64,000 nt of DNA, taken from Candidatus Micrarchaeota archaeon (GTDB lineage: Archaea; Micrarchaeota; Micrarchaeia; Anstonellales; Bilamarchaeaceae). Positions 10,307 through 19,921 of the stretch are shown here, piece after piece (within the stretch, counting starts at the first letter, position 1; every line of letters starts with the position of its first letter). Below the pieces are notes generated by a model, which searched no databases, was not told where the DNA came from, and saw nothing but the letters and a program-made list of their open reading frames with translations. The stretch is from assembly GCA_964552755.1 (NCBI GenBank), contig CAZKHX010000001.1, positions 18,007 to 82,006 on the forward strand, given 5' to 3'. The position numbers and the translations under genes are program-made.

Positions 10307-12316
10307 CTATTCTTCCAGGTACATTAAGTAGGTAAAGCCGTCCCTGCTGGAGCCCTCGATGTAGAATTCAAGGAGCGGCAGCCCATAGCCCCTGCCCGCC
10401 TCGAACGGGTTGGCGTTCCCCGGCATCACGAAGACCGCCGGGACCTTCCTTCCTGCCGCAAGGTCATGCTCTCCGGAATACACTTCGAATTTTTCCCTTA
10501 CTCCGAGGTCGCACCCGTCTTCGTAGCACCCGGGGTAATAGTCTGCCTTTATCACAACCGGCCCGTCATCTCCCCCGATGACTATTACCGGCACGGTCGT
10601 TTCCGCCCCGGCAACAACGCCCTTCATCTCATGCGGGCCCTTCACTATGTTCCCGCTGTAGAACGTGGTCCCGGAGACCGCAACCGCCCCGCCGGCGCCG
10701 TTCTCCACTATCAGCTTCGCGCCCACATACCTCTCAAGGGAGCTGTCAAGGTGGTGCGCAAAGGAGAATGGCTTGGGCAGGATGGGCGCAACCGTCCCGT
10801 TGAACACTTCGACGTCATTGTTTGAAACGTTGTAAATCGCAAGCGTGGTTACCGAGAAATCGGAGTTGTTGTAGAGCACTGCATTGGCATCGGCAGTCAC
10901 CGAAACGTCCACGAATTCAGGGGTGGTGACGCTCACCTCAGGCATCTCCGCAATCAGCATCGCCGGGTCCCCGAAGAGCTGGAACTGCATGAGCTGCTCC
11001 TTCCTTTCCGGGGTCATTGATTCGGTAGTTGCAAGCATGCGCTTGTACTGGCTGAGCATGTCCCCGAGGCGGTAGTCGCCCCTCAGGTAGCCATGGTTCC
11101 ACGGGTCAAAGTGCACGGGCGCATGGCTCCTGCTCGCGCCTATGAATGCCACAACGCGGCCGGTTTTGAGAAGCCACTCGGCCAGCACATCACTGCCATG
11201 GTCTATGGCCCCCACCAGGCATGCATATGCAAAATACGCCGGTGGCTTCTCAACCGCCGTACTTGAATAATTCAAGTAGTATCCATATGGCCCCATTTCC
11301 AGGATTCCGTAGGTCCATCCATGGGAAAAGCTGCTTACGAAGTCCGCGCCTTCCTCATTGATGAGGGAGGCAATGTCTCCCCCTTCGTCGGTTGCGCACG
11401 CATGCGGCGCCACATCCTTGACTTCCGGGAGGTTCCCCCGCACGATGCTTTCTTCTATGTTTTCCCTCTCTTCCGTGCTGAATCCATCCTGGCAGTAGCC
11501 TCCCTTGGTGACTAAGTGCACTGGCCGCTCCTGCGGCGCCCAGCCCATAATGGTATCAAGCATGGCCTCAAGCTCCTCAACGGTCTGCACGGGCAGGCGG
11601 CCCACTGCCGTTTCCCCGTCTAGCGAGAACTCGTCCTCCATGAGGCCCATTTCGCCGTAAATGCCGTCTCCATCCGTGTCCCACGTGCCGGAGAAATTGG
11701 CATAGTACTCATCAGCAGGCATGATTGAGTCGTTGTATGACTCCTCCAAGGTACCAAAATCTTCCATCGGCCCTTCGCTATAGTCCGCACCTTCCATGCT
11801 CACATAGCGGGCGTGCACTTCCCACGGCTTGTCGGTTTCGTAATTGGGCCATTCGCCCTGCCGGTAATCGTCAGCGTCAACATCCCCAATAATGAAAAGA
11901 TAATCCATGCCGCCGGAAACCCTGAGCTGTGCAAGGTAATCCCTTATCCTCCCGGGCGGGTCATCCCCGCTCCCTGAGGGGATTTCCTCGACCGTAACCA
12001 CTTCAACCTCAAAGCCTTCCTCGGCCTTTGCATCAACATAGCGCTGGAGGGAACCCTTGAACATTTCGCGCGTGAGCACGACAATCTTTTTTGCCTGCTC
12101 CGGAACCACCGCGGTGATGGGCGGCCTGTTCGCGGTAAAGCCCGGTTGCGGGTCCTTTGGCAAATTCCCGTCCTTGCCGCAGCCCACGAGCCCGCCAACA
12201 ATAATAGAAGCAGTGAGAACCGCTGCGCGGCCGAAAGCCCTTATGCCGCCCGGGCGGCGGTCCGGCTCCCGCTCTGTGCATGGTGCATCGCTGCGTGCCT
12301 TCCTTATGGGGGCCAT
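10307..12316 (-). CDS. Secreted/lipoprotein C25 (gingipain-family) cysteine peptidase
   Basis: YLFIIGD, ADEYYA..WDTDGDGIYGE, VGRLPV, SHG (His), ACLVG (Cys), LFGDP; N-terminal hydrophobic segment ending LVGC; start moved to MAPIRK. Confidence 0.85.
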   Translation of the reverse strand: MAPIRKARSDAPCTEREPDRRPGGIRAFGRAAVLTASIIVGGLVGCGKDGNLPKDPQPGFTANRPPITAVVPEQAKKIVVLTREMFKGSLQRYVDAKAEEGFEVEVVTVEEIPSGSGDDPPGRIRDYLAQLRVSGGMDYLFIIGDVDADDYRQGEWPNYETDKPWEVHARYVSMEGADYSEGPMEDFGTLEESYNDSIMPADEYYANFSGTWDTDGDGIYGEMGLMEDEFSLDGETAVGRLPVQTVEELEAMLDTIMGWAPQERPVHLVTKGGYCQDGFSTEERENIEESIVRGNLPEVKDVAPHACATDEGGDIASLINEEGADFVSSFSHGWTYGILEMGPYGYYLNYSSTAVEKPPAYFAYACLVGAIDHGSDVLAEWLLKTGRVVAFIGASRSHAPVHFDPWNHGYLRGDYRLGDMLSQYKRMLATTESMTPERKEQLMQFQLFGDPAMLIAEMPEVSVTTPEFVDVSVTADANAVLYNNSDFSVTTLAIYNVSNNDVEVFNGTVAPILPKPFSFAHHLDSSLERYVGAKLIVENGAGGAVAVSGTTFYSGNIVKGPHEMKGVVAGAETTVPVIVIGGDDGPVVIKADYYPGCYEDGCDLGVREKFEVYSGEHDLAAGRKVPAVFVMPGNANPFEAGRGYGLPLLEFYIEGSSRDGFTYLMYLEE

Positions 12317-12456
12317 AGTAATACTATTGTGGCTGGAAGTGTTTATAAATGTATTTTTTTGGCAGAAGGTGGTTGTTCGCGCACACCCGTGTTCCCGCCC
12401 GGAAATGGGCAAAAAACCGCAACCTTTATATTACACATCCTTCCCTAAATAACCAT

Positions 12457-13425
12457 ATGGTTTCTGCACTGGACGAACGGCCGCTAATTACCGCCACCTA
12501 CGATGGCGCGTACTTTGACCAGTTCATCGGTAATGCATACAAGACAGAAGGCTACGCGGCAGCACGCGGCTTCTTCGACCTTCTCATCCACAAGGCAAGC
12601 ATGGAGCCGGAGAAGCTCCACCTCGGGGAAGTGGAGAACGGCTGGTATTACATCGCCGCATTCGGGGACACGTTCCTTGACGTTTTTGATGGAGGAGAAA
12701 TTGCGAGGCTTGACACTTCCTTCCGCAGCATAACCGGGATGTCCGACCTTGACGCGAACGACAGCGACCCGCGCGTGGACTTCCTCATGCACTGCATTTC
12801 CAACCTGAATGACATGGATTATTCAGGGCGCCTCATGCTCAACAACCACATGCACCCCGAGGATGATGCAGAGGACATAGGCAGGCTGGGCGAAACCTAC
12901 CCCCGTTGGCTTTCGGAAAATTCGCTGCACATGCTCAGGGAAAACATAGTGATGTTCTACTACCTGATTGATTTGGAGGGAATGAGGCAGTATCTCGAGG
13001 GGAAGATAAAGAGCCTCGATGCGGACGTAATACGCAATTCAAACGAGACGATGCAGAGGCTCATGAACCTGCTGGGCAGAATTCCTCCGGATACAAAAAT
13101 AAAGCGGCTTGCGGAGCAGTCAATCGACTCGATACTGGATGAGATGGACATCGACCCGCAGCTAGTCCTCAATTTCGGCAGGGGCTACGGGGACGACGGC
13201 ATTAGGTTCGTGGTGGGCCTCACCGAGCTCGCCCTGCGCACCGTGCTCTCCGGCTTCACGAAGGAGGCGATGCTCCACTCCCAGATGGAAGAGCTCAGGG
13301 GCGCGGACATGAAATTCATAAGGGGCAGGTTCACGAAGAGGACTTTCCTCGACCGGAAGAGCATTCCCAGGGAAAAGAACCCGGTGCGCATCCCGCGCGA
13401 AGCGGCCGGGAAGCTGCTTGCCTAG
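12457..13425 (+). CDS. Hypothetical protein
   Basis: Long ORF with host-like codon usage; ATG 12457 follows TATA-like CCTTTATAT. Confidence 0.7.
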   Translation: MVSALDERPLITATYDGAYFDQFIGNAYKTEGYAAARGFFDLLIHKASMEPEKLHLGEVENGWYYIAAFGDTFLDVFDGGEIARLDTSFRSITGMSDLDANDSDPRVDFLMHCISNLNDMDYSGRLMLNNHMHPEDDAEDIGRLGETYPRWLSENSLHMLRENIVMFYYLIDLEGMRQYLEGKIKSLDADVIRNSNETMQRLMNLLGRIPPDTKIKRLAEQSIDSILDEMDIDPQLVLNFGRGYGDDGIRFVVGLTELALRTVLSGFTKEAMLHSQMEELRGADMKFIRGRFTKRTFLDRKSIPREKNPVRIPREAAGKLLA

Positions 13426-13940
13426 GCGAAAAGCGCCGCGCCCAAATACCCGAATATAACATACCTCAGCATGCGCCCAGCCGCGCATGCAACGAAGAAC
13501 TCCCTCTTGGGCATGTTTGCCGCGCCCGCGGCAAGCCCAGCAAGGTCGAAGAACGGGTTCGGGAGGAAAGCAAATACGAAAATGGCGAGCATGTCGTTCC
13601 TCACCATCCACTTCCTGTATTTCCCCAGCATCTTCTGCTTCTCAAGGGTAAGCTCCGTGACGCCTTTCCCGAAAAAGTAGCCGGTGAATTCCCCAAGCGC
13701 GGAGCCGATTCCCGCAATTATGCCCACAATGAACGGATTCAATATGGCGCCCATCGCGAGCACAATCCCCCAGCCGGGCAGGGGTACGAAGATGGTTGCC
13801 GCGGAAAACAGCGAAATCAGGAACACGCCCAAATACCCGTATCCCTCAAACTGCTGGATGTAGCTGCTGAAATAGAGTATTATCCCTGCGACAATGAGGG
13901 CGAAAATTATTTGCAATGCCGCCTGCAGCTTTCCCTCCAT
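13422..13940 (-). CDS. DedA/VTT (SNARE-associated) membrane protein
   Basis: FVPLPG, GSALGEFTGYFFG, FLPNPFFDLAG, GRMLRY motifs. Confidence 0.85.
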   Translation of the reverse strand: MEGKLQAALQIIFALIVAGIILYFSSYIQQFEGYGYLGVFLISLFSAATIFVPLPGWGIVLAMGAILNPFIVGIIAGIGSALGEFTGYFFGKGVTELTLEKQKMLGKYRKWMVRNDMLAIFVFAFLPNPFFDLAGLAAGAANMPKREFFVACAAGRMLRYVIFGYLGAALFA

Positions 13941-13990
13941 GCAGTGGTTTTGGAGCATTCCTTTATATTTGTATTCGGAGAATCTCTCCC

Positions 13991-15142
13991 ATGTTGCCTT
14001 CCAGAAGAAGCGATAAGGTAAGGTATGCAATCAGGGACATCGCCGCGGAGGCGCGGCTACTCGAACTTGAAGGCAAGGAGATAATCCACCTCAACATAGG
14101 CGACCCGTGCGAGTACGATTTCGACCCGCCTGCGCGCATAAGGGAAGTGGCGAAGGAGGCGCTCTCCCAGAGGTATGCGGCTTATGCTCCCTCGGGGGGC
14201 GACGAGGACCTCCGCGGGCTGGTCGCGAAGATGGAAGGCGTCACAAAGGAGGACGTATTCGTCACCACGGGCCTCAGCGAAGGAATAGACTTCGCAATGA
14301 GCATACTGCTAGACCCCGGGGACGAGATGCTGCTCCCGAACCCGGTCTACCCTCTGTACAGCTCGAAGGCCGAGATGCTGGACGCGAAGCCGGTCTTCTA
14401 CGACTGCGACGGGGAATGGGTGCCCATACTCGAAGACATAAGGAAGAAAATCACCGGTAAAACAAGGGGCATAGTGCTCATCAGCCCGAACAACCCCACG
14501 GGCGCAATCTGGCCCGAAAAGACCGTGAAGGGAATATGCGACATCGCCTCCGAGCACAAGCTCCCCGTATTTGCGGACGAGGTGTACGACCAGATAGTGT
14601 TCGAGGGCTCGTACACGAACGCCCGGAAGGTGCGCGGCGACGCGGTCGTCATGGGGGGGAATTCCATTTCCAAGAACTACTCCTACCCCGGCGCCCGCGT
14701 GGGCTACGTTGCATTCCACGGCGACGCGGAGAAGAAGCTTACCGATGCGTTCCTGCGCATGTGCAACCAGCGCCTTTCGGTGAACTGGGAAATGCAGAGG
14801 GCGGCAATCGCCGCATTCAGCGAGCCCGCGGACCCGGCGTACATTGAAAAATTGAAGAAAAGGCGCGACCTGCTCTACAAATTAATTGAGGAAACAGAAG
14901 GCCTTTCTTCGCCCAAGCCCAACTCCGCGATGTACGCGATGGTCAAGGTGGAGGGCTACCCGGGCAATGACTGGGAATTCGCAAGGCAGCTCATGCGCGA
15001 GGCAGGGGTGCTGGTCGCGCCCGGCTCCGCGTTCCTCAAAGGGAAAGAGGGCGTCTATTTCCGCACCACTTTCCTGCCCACTGAGGAAAAGCTCCAGCAG
15101 GCATACGAGAACATAGGGAAGTTCCTCAAAAGCAAGGCGTAG
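13991..15142 (+). CDS. Class I/II PLP-dependent aminotransferase (alanine/aspartate-type)
   Basis: LNIGDP, SPNNPTG, DEVYD, SISKNYSYPGARVG. Confidence 0.92.
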   Translation: MLPSRRSDKVRYAIRDIAAEARLLELEGKEIIHLNIGDPCEYDFDPPARIREVAKEALSQRYAAYAPSGGDEDLRGLVAKMEGVTKEDVFVTTGLSEGIDFAMSILLDPGDEMLLPNPVYPLYSSKAEMLDAKPVFYDCDGEWVPILEDIRKKITGKTRGIVLISPNNPTGAIWPEKTVKGICDIASEHKLPVFADEVYDQIVFEGSYTNARKVRGDAVVMGGNSISKNYSYPGARVGYVAFHGDAEKKLTDAFLRMCNQRLSVNWEMQRAAIAAFSEPADPAYIEKLKKRRDLLYKLIEETEGLSSPKPNSAMYAMVKVEGYPGNDWEFARQLMREAGVLVAPGSAFLKGKEGVYFRTTFLPTEEKLQQAYENIGKFLKSKA

Positions 15143-15193
15143 GGGAAAGCAGGGAAGACAGCCCGGCCTGAATTGCAAGCGCCTTGGGAAAAC

Positions 15194-17911
15194 CTAAAGT
15201 CGCTCCCCGTATTCGGTGATGAAGCGCTCGTACTCCGCAAGCAGCCCCGCAGTAATCGAGGGCCGCATGCGCGAGATTATGTCAACAACTTTTTCAGTGG
15301 TCAGCTTCGGCTCCTTGCCCGTTGAGCTCTCCCTGAGCAGGTACATGCGCGCCTGCTGGGCGACCGCAGCGATGTCCGCCCCGGAGAATCCCTCGGAAAC
15401 CTTCGCGAGCTTCTTCAGGTCCAGCCCCGTGGCGAATTCGCCGAGGTGGATGTTGAAGAGCTGCTCGCGCCCGGTGGAGTCCGGCGCGTGCACATAAATT
15501 ATCTTGTCAAAGCGGCCGGGCCTCAGGATTGCGGGGTCGAGCATCTCCGGCTTGTTCGTTGCGCCCACAATCATCACGCCCTCCATTCCCTTTATGCCGT
15601 CCATCTCCACAAGGAACTGGCCGGTGATTTCAGCGCGCCCGATATCCCTAGAAGGCGCAACCGTTTCAATCTCATCTATGAAGATCACGGAAGGCGGGTT
15701 CTCCCGCGCCCGGTTGAAGGTTTCCTTGATTACGTTCACCGCATGGGTGTAGCCGCGTTTCATCAATTGCGCACCGCCCAGCGAAAGGAACGTGATGTCC
15801 AGCTCGTTGGAAGCTGCGCGGACAACAAGCGTCTTGCCGCACCCGGGCGGGCCGAACATCAAAATCCCCTTGGTGGGCTTCACCCCGTACCTCTTCACCA
15901 GCTCGGGGTGCAGCAGCGGCGTCTCAATCGCCTCGCGGAAAGAGCGCTTCACGTCCTCCAAATCCGCAACATCGTTCCAGCCGATTTTCTTCTCCGCCTC
16001 TTTCTCTTTGGGCGCCTTCTCCGCTTCGCGCTCCGCAACCCCTGCGACCGAGCGCTCGAAATCGGTCCTGAACTCATCGTAATCCTCAATCTGCGCAAAA
16101 GTGGTGCTGGGCTTGGTGTGCTCAAGCACAGCGCGCAGCAGATCCATGGTGACCGGCACTACCTTTCCGGTCTTCTTTGCCTGGCCTGCAGCGAGCCCCA
16201 CCGCCTCCTTCACTACGTTTGCGATGTCCGCGCCGGAGTAGCGGTCGCTCTCAGCCGCCAGCTTCCTGTAATCGACCTTTTTCCCGAGTATGCCCTTCTT
16301 TGCGAGCCCTTCCATGTGCACCTTGAATATCGCCTCCCGCGCCTCCTTGTCCGGAAGGTGCATGTACACTATCTTGTCAAAGCGGCCGGGCCTCATGAGC
16401 GCCGGGTCCAGCTTGTTCGGCACATTGGTTGCGCCAACCACGATCACCGGCTTCTTGTTGTCGGTTTTCAGGCCGTCCATTTCCTGGAGGAGGATGCTTA
16501 GCACGCGCGGCCCCACGTCATCTGAAGAGGCTGCCATGCGCTTCTTCCCCAGCGCATCGATTTCATCGAAGAAAAGTATCGCCGGCGCGCTTTCCCGCGC
16601 CTTTGCGAATATCTCGCTTATGTTCTTCTCGCTCTCGCCCACCCATTTGGAGAGGATATCCGAGCTTTTCACATAGTACATGCGGAAGTCCAGCTCCTTT
16701 GAAAGGGCGCGCATGAGCATCGTCTTCCCGGTGCCGGGAGGCCCGAAGAGCAGTATCCCCGAAGGCGGCTTAATCCCGTATGCGCTCGCAAGCTCAACGT
16801 TCTGCAGGGGCAGCACTATGGAGCTGCGCAGCTCATCCTTCACGTCATCGTAGCCGCCCACATCGTCAAGCCCCTCCTCGCCCCCTCCGATGGACATGTC
16901 CTGCAGCCCAAACTTCCCGAATGATTTCATTTTCTCCTTCGCGCTTATCTTGCGCTCGCGGGATACGTGCGCCCCGAGAAAGTCGGCCGCGCCGACCACC
17001 GCAACCGCAAGCAGGAAATAGGGGAACATCATCCAGCTGAATGCGAAGCCCACAAAGGAAAGAAGGAAATATGCAAGGGGCACCAGCAGTATCGCAAGCG
17101 CGGATTTCGTCTGGTTCCACCTCCCCTTCCTGAATACGCGGGGGAGCATCCCCACAACGTAGAGCGCCGCACCCCACACCATCAACTGCACAATGCCGCC
17201 GTCCATGAACAGCAGCGTGACCGAATTGGAGAATATCTTCCCGAGCACCGCCCACACATGGGTTGCGGAGGCGAAGTTGAGTATTGAGCCCAGCGCAGCC
17301 CCGATTTCGGAGCCGAGGGCGCCCAGCTCAACCGGCCCGGCCCTGAGCGCAAGCTGGCCCACCGCGGGCTCATATGCGGAAAGCGTGACCGGCAGGAATG
17401 CGTTGTTCGGCACCAGCCAGAGCGAAGAGAGCAGCAGTATGATGAACACCGCGGGCACGGAAATCAGCACGCTCTTGCGCGAGCCGAAATGGAAGCTGCC
17501 CAGCAGCATGAGCAGGTAAACCATCCCGCCGAGCATTGCAAAGGGTGCGGCGGCAAAGGGCAGGAGGCAGATTACTTCCAGCAGCGCGATTATCCCCCAG
17601 TTGTCGAACATCTCGAAGAAGACAATTGCGAGAAGGAGGAGCCCCAGCCAGCCCCATACGGTGGACTGGAACGCGAATGCGGGGATTGCGAGTATCCATG
17701 TCGCGCCCACCCCGAGGGGCGGCTTCTTCATTGCGATTGCGCCGCAGATGAGCGCGAGGACGAATGCAACCGCAATGGGGTAGAATGGGATTGCGGTGAG
17801 GAGCGCAAGCGCCCCAAGGAATACGAGTATTGCATTCCAGAAGGATTCGCTCTCCTGGAGCTGCTGCGTGTAGGCCACTATCCTTTGCTGAGTGAGCGTC
17901 GCCCCGGCCAT
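15194..17911 (-). CDS. Polytopic membrane-anchored tandem AAA+ ATPase (Cdc48/VCP-like D1-D2)
   Basis: About 310-aa hydrophobic multi-TM N-terminus; Walker A GPPGTGKT and GPPGCGKT; Walker B FFDEID and FIDEIE; RPGRFD twice. Confidence 0.92.
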   Translation of the reverse strand: MAGATLTQQRIVAYTQQLQESESFWNAILVFLGALALLTAIPFYPIAVAFVLALICGAIAMKKPPLGVGATWILAIPAFAFQSTVWGWLGLLLLAIVFFEMFDNWGIIALLEVICLLPFAAAPFAMLGGMVYLLMLLGSFHFGSRKSVLISVPAVFIILLLSSLWLVPNNAFLPVTLSAYEPAVGQLALRAGPVELGALGSEIGAALGSILNFASATHVWAVLGKIFSNSVTLLFMDGGIVQLMVWGAALYVVGMLPRVFRKGRWNQTKSALAILLVPLAYFLLSFVGFAFSWMMFPYFLLAVAVVGAADFLGAHVSRERKISAKEKMKSFGKFGLQDMSIGGGEEGLDDVGGYDDVKDELRSSIVLPLQNVELASAYGIKPPSGILLFGPPGTGKTMLMRALSKELDFRMYYVKSSDILSKWVGESEKNISEIFAKARESAPAILFFDEIDALGKKRMAASSDDVGPRVLSILLQEMDGLKTDNKKPVIVVGATNVPNKLDPALMRPGRFDKIVYMHLPDKEAREAIFKVHMEGLAKKGILGKKVDYRKLAAESDRYSGADIANVVKEAVGLAAGQAKKTGKVVPVTMDLLRAVLEHTKPSTTFAQIEDYDEFRTDFERSVAGVAEREAEKAPKEKEAEKKIGWNDVADLEDVKRSFREAIETPLLHPELVKRYGVKPTKGILMFGPPGCGKTLVVRAASNELDITFLSLGGAQLMKRGYTHAVNVIKETFNRARENPPSVIFIDEIETVAPSRDIGRAEITGQFLVEMDGIKGMEGVMIVGATNKPEMLDPAILRPGRFDKIIYVHAPDSTGREQLFNIHLGEFATGLDLKKLAKVSEGFSGADIAAVAQQARMYLLRESSTGKEPKLTTEKVVDIISRMRPSITAGLLAEYERFITEYGERL

Positions 17912-17948
17912 GCTAGAGTAAAAGGTGGAAACTTTTTATACGTGCGCC

Positions 17949-18518
17949 TCAGATGCGCTTGAAGGCGGCGACACCCGCGGCCGTCTTGCGGAACCTGTAG
18001 CCCATCTTCATGAGCACCTTCTCGGTCTTTGTGCCCCTCTGCACAACTATGTCCGCCAGCTGCCCGTCGGGGTTTGTGGGCGAGGTAATGGTCACTGCGA
18101 ACTCGAATTCCGCCTCCTTCCCGCGCTTCTCCCTGCGGTCAACGAGCAGCTCGCGCAGGCCCTTCCCCTCATAGGGAAGCAGCACCGCATCATCCTCAAG
18201 GAAAACCGCGTTCTCCTCCCCCTCGACTATCCCCCCCGAGTCCTCATCAAAGTGCACCCCCCATGCGAGGCCCACTGCAACCAGCATCCTGCCGACAAAT
18301 GCGCCGTAGCTCATGCCGAGCCCAAGCACGTCCCCCACTTCTTTTTCGGTAACGGAGAAGAGACACTTCCGCATGATGCGCGAAACCTCTTCCGTATCAG
18401 AGGGCTCAAGGCGCTTGATTTCCGCCTCCTCGAATTCCAAGGGCGCATGGAACTTCTTCTTTTTCTCTTCCTTTTCCTCCTCTTTCTCGTCCACTACGGG
18501 CCCCTTGAACTCAGACAT
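17949..18518 (-). CDS. GNAT-fold acetyltransferase-like protein
   Basis: IKRLEPSD start; VLLPYEGKGLRELL resembles the acetyl-CoA motif A; KMGYR end. Confidence 0.55.
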   Translation of the reverse strand: MSEFKGPVVDEKEEEKEEKKKKFHAPLEFEEAEIKRLEPSDTEEVSRIMRKCLFSVTEKEVGDVLGLGMSYGAFVGRMLVAVGLAWGVHFDEDSGGIVEGEENAVFLEDDAVLLPYEGKGLRELLVDRREKRGKEAEFEFAVTITSPTNPDGQLADIVVQRGTKTEKVLMKMGYRFRKTAAGVAAFKRI

Positions 18519-18857
18519 TCACACAAACCTCGTCCTGCATACCGGGCAGCGCGTCATGTACCCGCCCATCTCGTAGCCGCATATCGGGCAGCGCCACACC
18601 GTTTTCTTTGCGCGCTCCATCTCCGCCTTGAAGCTGAAGCCGCACTTTTCGCACACATTCGCGTCAAGGTCGTTGAGCTCCTTGCACTTTGGGCACTTCT
18701 TTTTGAACATGGATTTTATGCGGACCCCGCAGCTCGGGCAGCGCTCCATGTCCAGCGTGACCTGCGCCCCGCAGCTCGGGCACTTGAACTTCTTCCCGGC
18801 GAGGGTTGATTTGCCCTTGCCGCCCACCGCGCCCTTCAGCACGTCTAGTATGCCCAT
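18519..18857 (-). CDS. Triple zinc-ribbon protein
   Basis: Six CxxC motifs: CPSC/CPSC, CPKC/CEKC, CPIC/CPVC. Confidence 0.85.
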   Translation of the reverse strand: MGILDVLKGAVGGKGKSTLAGKKFKCPSCGAQVTLDMERCPSCGVRIKSMFKKKCPKCKELNDLDANVCEKCGFSFKAEMERAKKTVWRCPICGYEMGGYMTRCPVCRTRFV

Positions 18858-19870
18858 CTTGCCACCAGCGGCGCAAGCAGTATCAGAAGCGAAACGCAGC
18901 AGACCTTCTTCTCTTCGGGCACTGGCCTGTTGAACGGGTCGAAGCCTTCATCCCCGCCGCCCCCTTCAAGGGAGCCGCTGCCCGGGCTACCCGTTTCCTT
19001 CTCCACGGCGGGCAGCTCCTCCGGGAGCTCCCCCCCGCACTCATTCTCCATCGCGGCGTTCACCACCGAGAGGTCCAAATCGTAATCGCCCGCCTCCAGG
19101 TCGGATTCGAGCGAGGCGATTGCCGCGTCAACCGTGGAGCTGGAGCAGGACCTGTCGCTCTTCACCTTGAGCACGCCGTCAATTTTTTTCACCGCGGCCT
19201 CGCATGCGGCCTTGCCCTCCGAATATTCGCGCGCATCCTCGAGCGCGGGGCCGAGCAGGCTGGCCGCGCTGCTCACCTTGCACTGGCTCAAGAATGTGCG
19301 GGCGCTGCCCGCCTTGCCCGAAAGGCTTTCCACATCAAAGGGGCAGCATGCTCCGCTCGTGGTGCAGTAGTCCCCGCCCTCGAGCCCGGAGTAGAGCGCC
19401 TCCAGCTCGTCCGCATCCTCGATTGCCTGCGATTCGGAAGATGAGGGGTAATGGGTGAGGTTGTCCAGCTCTATAATATAGTAATAGTCGTCCCCGAGCT
19501 CGAACTTGAGCACTTCCACCCCGTCGAGGGTTTCCTCGGGCTCGCCCCCGAACTGGAAGGGCATCTCAAGGTCCTCGTTGTCCCCACACACGCTCCCGTA
19601 GGAGGAAATGCTGCACTCTCCGATTTCCACCCATCCCCCTGTTTCCCGGTCCATGTAGTAGAAGGTTGCGGTTTCGGATTCGCCGTACGGGTTGATTATC
19701 CATATTTCGAAGCTCACTATGGAGGGGCCGCTCGAGCCGCAGTTGGGTATCCTGTAGCCCGGGTGCACGCCCCTTACCTCTACGTCTGAATCGTCCATCT
19801 CGGTTGCGGCAAAAGCAAAGCCGGAAAGCATCAGGAAGCCTGCCAGCAGCAGGAACAGCGGCCTTTTCAT
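18845..19870 (-). CDS. Secreted acidic Cys-containing surface protein with C-terminal CC-hydrophobic anchor
   Basis: Signal peptide ending AFA; C-terminal KKVCCVSLLILLAPLVARW. Confidence 0.75.
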   Translation of the reverse strand: MKRPLFLLLAGFLMLSGFAFAATEMDDSDVEVRGVHPGYRIPNCGSSGPSIVSFEIWIINPYGESETATFYYMDRETGGWVEIGECSISSYGSVCGDNEDLEMPFQFGGEPEETLDGVEVLKFELGDDYYYIIELDNLTHYPSSSESQAIEDADELEALYSGLEGGDYCTTSGACCPFDVESLSGKAGSARTFLSQCKVSSAASLLGPALEDAREYSEGKAACEAAVKKIDGVLKVKSDRSCSSSTVDAAIASLESDLEAGDYDLDLSVVNAAMENECGGELPEELPAVEKETGSPGSGSLEGGGGDEGFDPFNRPVPEEKKVCCVSLLILLAPLVARWAY

Positions 19871-19921
19871 GCGTCAGGATTAACCGGCAACCCTTTTTAT
19901 CTTTTTCCTCGAAAGTGGCGC

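Noticed and set aside
15194-17911. FtsH or canonical Cdc48
   Set aside because: No HExxH protease domain, two AAA modules, and a TM region instead of the soluble N-domain.
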